This document shows positions 59,201 to 64,000 of a stretch of DNA of 64,000 bases, piece after piece. Within the stretch, counting starts at the first letter, position 1. Every line of letters begins with the position of its first letter. This DNA comes from an uncultured virus (IMG/VR IMGVR_UViG_3300047474_000681) (lineage: Duplodnaviria; Heunggongvirae; Uroviricota; Caudoviricetes): IMG/VR virus record IMGVR_UViG_3300047474_000681, one strand, 5' to 3'. The position numbers were made by a program, and so were the translations under genes. Below the pieces are notes generated by a model. It saw nothing but the letters and a program-made list of their open reading frames with translations. It was not told the origin of the DNA and did no database searches.

Positions 59201-61679
59201 TGGTGCATTTGGATCAGTAGCAGAAGGTGTAGATGATACAGAATCTGCTGTAACTGGTACAGTAAACAACAGATATTACGAAGCACAAATTGGTAGAGTA
59301 TATACTGATGCTACTGAAATATTGGCATTAGAATATAACAACGCAGGTACTAATTATACTACAGAAAATAATACATACACGTTTAGCGGTATTGGTTATG
59401 ATCAAGTATTAGTAGGTGATGAAATTAGAGATAACGGAATTTTTGAAGTTAGATTATTAACAGAAGGCGAAGATTACAGAGCTTCATCTAACACTGCACA
59501 GGCAGGTACTACAACAAGCATTACATTAGCTGGTTCAGAAACTGCACCATCTTCAGCATATGTTGGAATGATGATATTCATTAAGACAGGTAACGGCGCT
59601 GGACAATATGGATATGTTGACACATACAATTCAGGAACAAAAGTTGCTACAATATTAAAACCAAGCACTGGTACAGCTGGATGGGATCATTTGATTCCTG
59701 GAGAAACTATTGTTGCTCCAAACGCAGTATCAACATACAGTGTTGAACCTAGAGTTGTTGTAGCTGCGCCAACCCAAACTATTACAGGAAATACAAACTA
59801 TAGTAGTTCAAGAGCAGTTGATGACATTGCATATAACGGAAATGTTTTTGCAACGGTAACTGCTGGAAGTGCAGTTGTTGATACATCAACAGACGGAATA
59901 GCATGGTCAGCAGGAGGAGCAATCAGCACTAATAACCTAGGTAAGATTAAAGGCGGCAAAATAGGCGGAACTGCCCACTTTGCTGCTACTAGTTCAGGGT
60001 CAGTTTTTGCATATTCAACAGATGACGGAGCAAATTGGTCAGGTTATGGACTTGGCGGAAATACAGCAGATGCATTAGAAATAGCTAAAGATGTACTTGT
60101 TTATATCGATAATACTACAAGAGTAACAGGCGTATATAACGGTACAACCAATACTGTAGGCGGTTCAGTTGCTGGCAGCGATGCATTTTTAGATGTAGTG
60201 TATAGTTCAGCAGCAAATACATGGTTAGCAATAGCAGCAAATGGTGTAACTGCTTACTCGACAAACGATGGTACATCGTGGAGTGCAGGAGCACTTCCAA
60301 CATTAGGTGCAGGAACATATAGTGCAATTGCATACGGTAATGGACGTTTTGTTGCAACAGCAATTGGCACAGACGAAGCAGCTATTAGTTTTGACGGTGT
60401 TAACTGGACAGCAACAACTATGAGTTCAAGTGCAGACTGGAGTACAGTTAAGTACGGTCAAGGAACATTCTTAAGTGTTGCAAAAGACTCAGGTGGAACT
60501 ACAAAAGCAGCTACATCACCAGACGGAATTGTTTGGACAGCACAAGTTATGCCATCACAAAACTTATGGCAAGCAGTTGGATACGGTACTGGTACTTGGG
60601 CATACGGTTGTGGAGATGCAAATGCAGTAGGCGCTTCGAGTGGAAACTTTACACAAGCTATACTAAGAGCAGCGTCTGCAAGTGGAGCAATTTCTAATAT
60701 TAGAGTTATTGAACCAGGTTCAGGATATGCAACACCACCAACAGTAACACTAACTGATCCAAGTAATACAGTAGACGCAACATGGACTGTTAGAGTAGGC
60801 GATGGCGCACTTGCACAACCTAGCTTCCAAAACAGAGGCGTTGACTGGGAAAGTGCAGATGGATTTGTATCCGGCGACGGTTATGGAGATATCTATCAAA
60901 ATGGTAAATTTGTAAACTTAGCAGGCTTAACAGATATACCACAAGAAGGCGCTAACGTAACGTTTGCAGGAGACAGTAATTACTATAAACTTGTTAATGT
61001 AACAAACTTACTAGGTTCAGGACCTTATACTGCTACACTTCAGTTGTCACCAGAAGTTACAATTCCGGATGCACCAGAACATGGTGTTGCAGCAGAAGTA
61101 AGGATACGTTATTCACAGGTGCGTTTGACAGGACACGATTTCTTAGATATTGGTACAGGTAACTTTGCTGATACTAACTATCCTGGCACACCAAGTACAG
61201 CACCGGATGCTACTAAAGAAACTAAAGAAGAAGGTGGTGGTAGAGTATTCTATACATCAACTGACCAAGATGGTAACTTTAGAGTAGGCGAACTGTTTAG
61301 TGTTGAACAGTCAACAGGTAAATCAACACTTAATGCTGATGCGTTTAACTTAGCAGGTCTACAAGAATTGCAACTTGGTGTTATTACATTAGGAAGCTCA
61401 AATACTGCTATTAACGAATTTAGCACAGACGGTACATTTGCTGCAAATAGCGACAGCATTGTACCAACACAAAAAGCAATTAGAACTTACATCCAGTCAC
61501 AAATTGGTGGCGGTGGAAGCAACCTAAATGTTAACAGTATACAAGCAGGTAATGTGAAAATACAACTAAATAGTATTAGTCACGTAACTGATGATACGAT
61601 AAATATAACAAGCAGAGCGAATTTTACCGGTGGTATTTCTGGTAGTCCGTTAGCACTAAACTACTTTTTACAGAGATAA
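56232..61679 (+). CDS. Large fibre-like protein with Trp-rich repeats and a BNR/propeller-like insert
   Basis: MAEFKLGRIRFVWK start, the same repeat family as 51753, and S-x-DG-x2-W repeats (STDGIAW, STDDGANW, STNDGTSW, SFDGVNW, SPDGIVW). CTAAATA at 56192-56198. Confidence 0.8.
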   Translation: MAEFKLGRIRFVWKNNWVTSTTYYVDDVVLVNGKTYLCVTGHTSLSDFNLDLGTNKWELMTDGQKWRSDWQASTQYELNDLVKYGSTVYICTTGHMSQALLENDQSKWDTFAQPSFDWKSSWAIDTYYKVGDLVKYGAGLYRCVTGHTSAATLALGLEANVNDWDSLNTGFDYKNNWATDTRYKLNDVVKRGGGLWLCLQGHTSDSTAFVTDAAHWVQFVEGLEFEDTWSNSTAYQRGDIVNYGGYQYVAVENHTGTTPTTPAQTDWDVFSTGFKFIGDYDNAVAYKTGDVVRVGGYTYLCTADSTGNRPPNATYWNRLNQGQEWNGDWADATYYDAGDMVRYDNSSYVCVAEHTSDETVTQNRPDQDLVGSYWNQMVGGAETTVLTTDGDIVYYSGAGPARLPLGTDGQVLKVNDSNLEWADFGIINNVFYVADNGTDSIDYGYTLDKPFKTVRYGLERIDIGHNSTGAQKLLELNRSFIAAEATEWVDWQIANAAGGSIWDGFTQDDKVKCARDIGQIVDALIWDLGHGGNARTRAATLTYFDSGALIASIQDEYQQLSATLDYMEEVVDAVISNAAPAANYQTLNSVGSPITQQIDATLVELPNDQVTLTGLINIITAALDATVPTGIPVEVKANTSLFVKTGEFKEVLPMIVPERCAVVGDELRSTRIAPMGAITPSGDVSYSLDAISRLQAIMSDIATNGSVTKTSGNAETQVTTRPSGAAVAGAAAANIMQQIYDYIDYGINGATGDSTVPVIAGTNTPQTHTDYTFAVECIEANRAFLVAEVHAYIAATYPSYTYDIAKCSRDVNRYLDAVKYDLIYTGNYKALLAGRYYVNAVLGSVEEDMFYVRDASGIRNCTVTGLTGTLGSDNAYGTKRPSAGAYVSLDAGWGPADTRVWIASRSPYIQNVTSLGTACIGLKVDGALHDGGNDSIVANDFTQVLSDGIGYWVTNLGRSELVSVFTYYNHIGYLAENGGKIRATNGNNSYGAFGSVAEGVDDTESAVTGTVNNRYYEAQIGRVYTDATEILALEYNNAGTNYTTENNTYTFSGIGYDQVLVGDEIRDNGIFEVRLLTEGEDYRASSNTAQAGTTTSITLAGSETAPSSAYVGMMIFIKTGNGAGQYGYVDTYNSGTKVATILKPSTGTAGWDHLIPGETIVAPNAVSTYSVEPRVVVAAPTQTITGNTNYSSSRAVDDIAYNGNVFATVTAGSAVVDTSTDGIAWSAGGAISTNNLGKIKGGKIGGTAHFAATSSGSVFAYSTDDGANWSGYGLGGNTADALEIAKDVLVYIDNTTRVTGVYNGTTNTVGGSVAGSDAFLDVVYSSAANTWLAIAANGVTAYSTNDGTSWSAGALPTLGAGTYSAIAYGNGRFVATAIGTDEAAISFDGVNWTATTMSSSADWSTVKYGQGTFLSVAKDSGGTTKAATSPDGIVWTAQVMPSQNLWQAVGYGTGTWAYGCGDANAVGASSGNFTQAILRAASASGAISNIRVIEPGSGYATPPTVTLTDPSNTVDATWTVRVGDGALAQPSFQNRGVDWESADGFVSGDGYGDIYQNGKFVNLAGLTDIPQEGANVTFAGDSNYYKLVNVTNLLGSGPYTATLQLSPEVTIPDAPEHGVAAEVRIRYSQVRLTGHDFLDIGTGNFADTNYPGTPSTAPDATKETKEEGGGRVFYTSTDQDGNFRVGELFSVEQSTGKSTLNADAFNLAGLQELQLGVITLGSSNTAINEFSTDGTFAANSDSIVPTQKAIRTYIQSQIGGGGSNLNVNSIQAGNVKIQLNSISHVTDDTINITSRANFTGGISGSPLALNYFLQR

Positions 61680-61692
61680 TGGAGATTAAAAG

Positions 61693-62010
61693 ATGTCAGG
61701 AAAATTAGGAGCACAAAACTTATCAGCAAACGCAGATACAGTTCTTTACACCGCGCCGGCAAGTACTTTTGCAGTAGCAACAGTTAATATTGTTAATCGC
61801 AGTGGAAGCACTGTTACTGCTAGAATAGCAATTACAGATGCTGATGTACCAACTAACGCAGAATACATTGAATACGATGTAGGTGTACCACCAAAAGGTG
61901 TACTAGAAAGAACCGGCGTTGTAGTTGGAGCAGATCAGCGAATTGTAGTACGGTCAAGTGCTGTTGACGTAAACGCAATAGCATACGGCATAACAACATC
62001 AACAGCGTAA
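61693..62010 (+). CDS. Small virion beta-sandwich protein
   Basis: 105 aa (LYTAPASTFAVATVNIVNR...YIEYDVGVPPKGVLERTGVVV). Confidence 0.75.
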   Translation: MSGKLGAQNLSANADTVLYTAPASTFAVATVNIVNRSGSTVTARIAITDADVPTNAEYIEYDVGVPPKGVLERTGVVVGADQRIVVRSSAVDVNAIAYGITTSTA

Positions 62011-62020
62011 GGAATTTATT

Positions 62021-63529
62021 ATGGGAAGATTTATATCAGGAAGTAGTAGCGTAGAGCAAAGCTATTCGAGAGCAGAAGTGTTTTCAACACCCGGCACAGC
62101 AACGTGGTCGGTCCCTGCAGGAGTAAGTAAAGCTAAAGTTTTTGTTATTGGTGCCGGAAGTAACTATAGAAGTACTGAATTTTGTTTTGAAAGTAGCTCA
62201 ACATGTTGCTCTGGTGTTGATACTCCAGGAACAGAATACTGCTTAAACTTTATAGGACACCTTGTAGGCGCCGGCGGCGGCTACTCGGAAAAAACATTTG
62301 ATGGTGTAGCACCTGGCTCATCTATGACAATTAACGTTGGCTCTGTAGGCGGGTTGTCAGCAAGTAGTGTATCAATCGGCGGCCAGACAGTAACAGCAAA
62401 CAATGCTACAGATTCATCAATATCGTGGAACTGTGCAGGAAACAGTACAGCAAGAGATAATTCAAATGATAACTTAGTTAGTTTAGGATTTGACTTACCA
62501 GTATGTGGTTATAGAAATTGTATTAATGGTTACTTTAACGCAGGCGGAACAGCAGCAGGCGGCGATGTTAATAGAACTGGCGGCGCTGGCGTGTTTATTC
62601 CATTCTTTAGAGAAGACAGTGTTGTAGACGGAACACTTACAGCAACAGGTACCGGCGGCGCGAGCAGCGGACCAGGAGAAGGCTGTACATGTACAAACTG
62701 GACAGCAGGCGGCTATGATTACACATTTGGCGGAAGAAGATATCACTGTACATGTACAATTGCTTATTTAAAACCATCACAAGGGGTAAACGGTAATACT
62801 TGTGGTTGTTGTTTCTACTGGGGCGGTGAGACTAATTTTAACTGCCTATGTTTGGTAACATATCATAACGTATTTGGCGGAAGATGTTATAGTAACATGC
62901 CGTGGTCACAGTGTATTTGCCAAAGAATGTGTAACGGTGTGTATTTGTGCGTCAACGGCGGCGGTGGCGGCGGTGGCGGTGCTGCTGGTGTAACTAACTT
63001 TGCTAAATCAGGCGGACAAGGCGCTGGTGGACAAATGTATCCAGCAAGTGATGACACATTCCAAGTAACAAACTGTCCAGTAGGAATTGGCGCTGAAGCA
63101 GGTAGTTCACATGCTGACGGATATCAAGGCGTAAGTGATGCAACATTACTAACACCTGAAGTAGCAAGTGGTGGCGGTGGAGGCGGCTCTTCCGACACAG
63201 TAGTATGTTATGTAGGTTTTGGCCAAGATCACTTTAGTTTTATTTACGGTAATAGTGCATGTGGATCGTGTGCTGCTATGGAAAACTTATACGGTAGTTC
63301 CGGTGGATCACTTTACTATACACTAGGTTATTCTAAAGATGCAGAATCTAGAAAGCCATCAAGTAATAGTATTATTCCATTGTCAACACTAAAATCTAGA
63401 GACGGAACTAATGTAGCAGACTTTAAATTTGGCTTTGGCGCAACATCAAATGAAGCAGCAGGCCCAGGTGGCGGTGGTAATAGACTTTACCCAACCGGCG
63501 GCTCGGGTGCTGTAGTAGTAGTATACTAA
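62021..63529 (+). CDS. Glycine-rich fibre-tip/adhesin-like protein with Cys-rich inserts
   Basis: VFSTPGTATWSVPAGVSKAKVFVIGAG...GGSGAVVVVY frame of phage glycine-rich domains; numerous Cys. Confidence 0.75.
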   Translation: MGRFISGSSSVEQSYSRAEVFSTPGTATWSVPAGVSKAKVFVIGAGSNYRSTEFCFESSSTCCSGVDTPGTEYCLNFIGHLVGAGGGYSEKTFDGVAPGSSMTINVGSVGGLSASSVSIGGQTVTANNATDSSISWNCAGNSTARDNSNDNLVSLGFDLPVCGYRNCINGYFNAGGTAAGGDVNRTGGAGVFIPFFREDSVVDGTLTATGTGGASSGPGEGCTCTNWTAGGYDYTFGGRRYHCTCTIAYLKPSQGVNGNTCGCCFYWGGETNFNCLCLVTYHNVFGGRCYSNMPWSQCICQRMCNGVYLCVNGGGGGGGGAAGVTNFAKSGGQGAGGQMYPASDDTFQVTNCPVGIGAEAGSSHADGYQGVSDATLLTPEVASGGGGGGSSDTVVCYVGFGQDHFSFIYGNSACGSCAAMENLYGSSGGSLYYTLGYSKDAESRKPSSNSIIPLSTLKSRDGTNVADFKFGFGATSNEAAGPGGGGNRLYPTGGSGAVVVVY

Positions 63530-63541
63530 GGAGTAATATTA

Positions 63542-64000
63542 ATGTATTTTAGAACAAAAAAGAATAACTTCGACATTGACATAGTGGTTGCTACTGAATC
63601 AGACAATTTGTTAGTTAATAACGACAACAACACATGGTTAGAATCAGATGATGCACTATGCGTTGAAGGAAACTATTGGCATAATTCTAAATTTTATGAG
63701 CCAGGCAGCGACGATTATAACAATGACATTGGTCCACTTATATCGGCAGCACGAGTAGATTCTGATGCTGCTAAGATTGCAGCTGAACAGGCCCTTAGAG
63801 ATAAAATTAAAGCTGAACAGGATGCAATGGACACAACCCCAGACGATTCAGACGCAGATGCAAATCTAGAAGGTGCAGTTGACACTTCTTTAGAAGCACG
63901 TAAAAAGTTAGCAAAAACTTTTCCAAAGCCAGTGTATGTTCCGATAAGAGAACTACCAGAAGTTCCAGAAATTACTACTGATAATTTAGCGCATTGGGAA
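63542..64000 (+). CDS. Hypothetical protein, truncated by window end
   Basis: AAGGAG SD then ATG 63542, reading MYFRTKKNNFDIDIVVATESDN... and open to the edge. Not in the track. Confidence 0.75.
   Translation, partial: MYFRTKKNNFDIDIVVATESDNLLVNNDNNTWLESDDALCVEGNYWHNSKFYEPGSDDYNNDIGPLISAARVDSDAAKIAAEQALRDKIKAEQDAMDTTPDDSDADANLEGAVDTSLEARKKLAKTFPKPVYVPIRELPEVPEITTDNLAHWE

Noticed and set aside
54439..61291. Repeat pairs as DGR template/variable repeats
   Set aside because: There is no adenine-specific mismatch pattern, both copies are coding, and no reverse transcriptase is in the window.

Overview
The window is 64 kb of an AT-rich, T4-related large myophage genome, covering the virion morphogenesis region. 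Its style resembles aquatic-metagenome or RaK2/GAP32-like jumbo phages, but that placement is from recall only. Left arm (minus strand): a baseplate/hub cluster including a giant >4,400-aa ORF missing from the supplied track, plus gp6-, gp25-, gp5/VgrG-, gp53- and gp48/54-like genes. Centre: late sigma factor gp55, gp47/gp46 nuclease, a GIY-YIG nuclease, a gp26-like chaperone, tape measure, portal, scaffolds, protease and major capsid protein. Right arm: paralogous fibre and other virion proteins. The most notable unexplained signals are: (1) a ~390-nt pseudoknotted non-coding RNA candidate starting right after the GIY-YIG stop codon (29530-29920); (2) a ~240-nt stand-alone ncRNA candidate with its own sigma70 promoter and terminator behind the capsid gene (42009-42255); (3) a probable programmed -1 frameshift fusing the gp26-like gene to its downstream ORF (31225-31196); (4) structured late-gene leaders and apparently leaderless late mRNAs. 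All homology calls come from motif recognition by eye; no searches were run.
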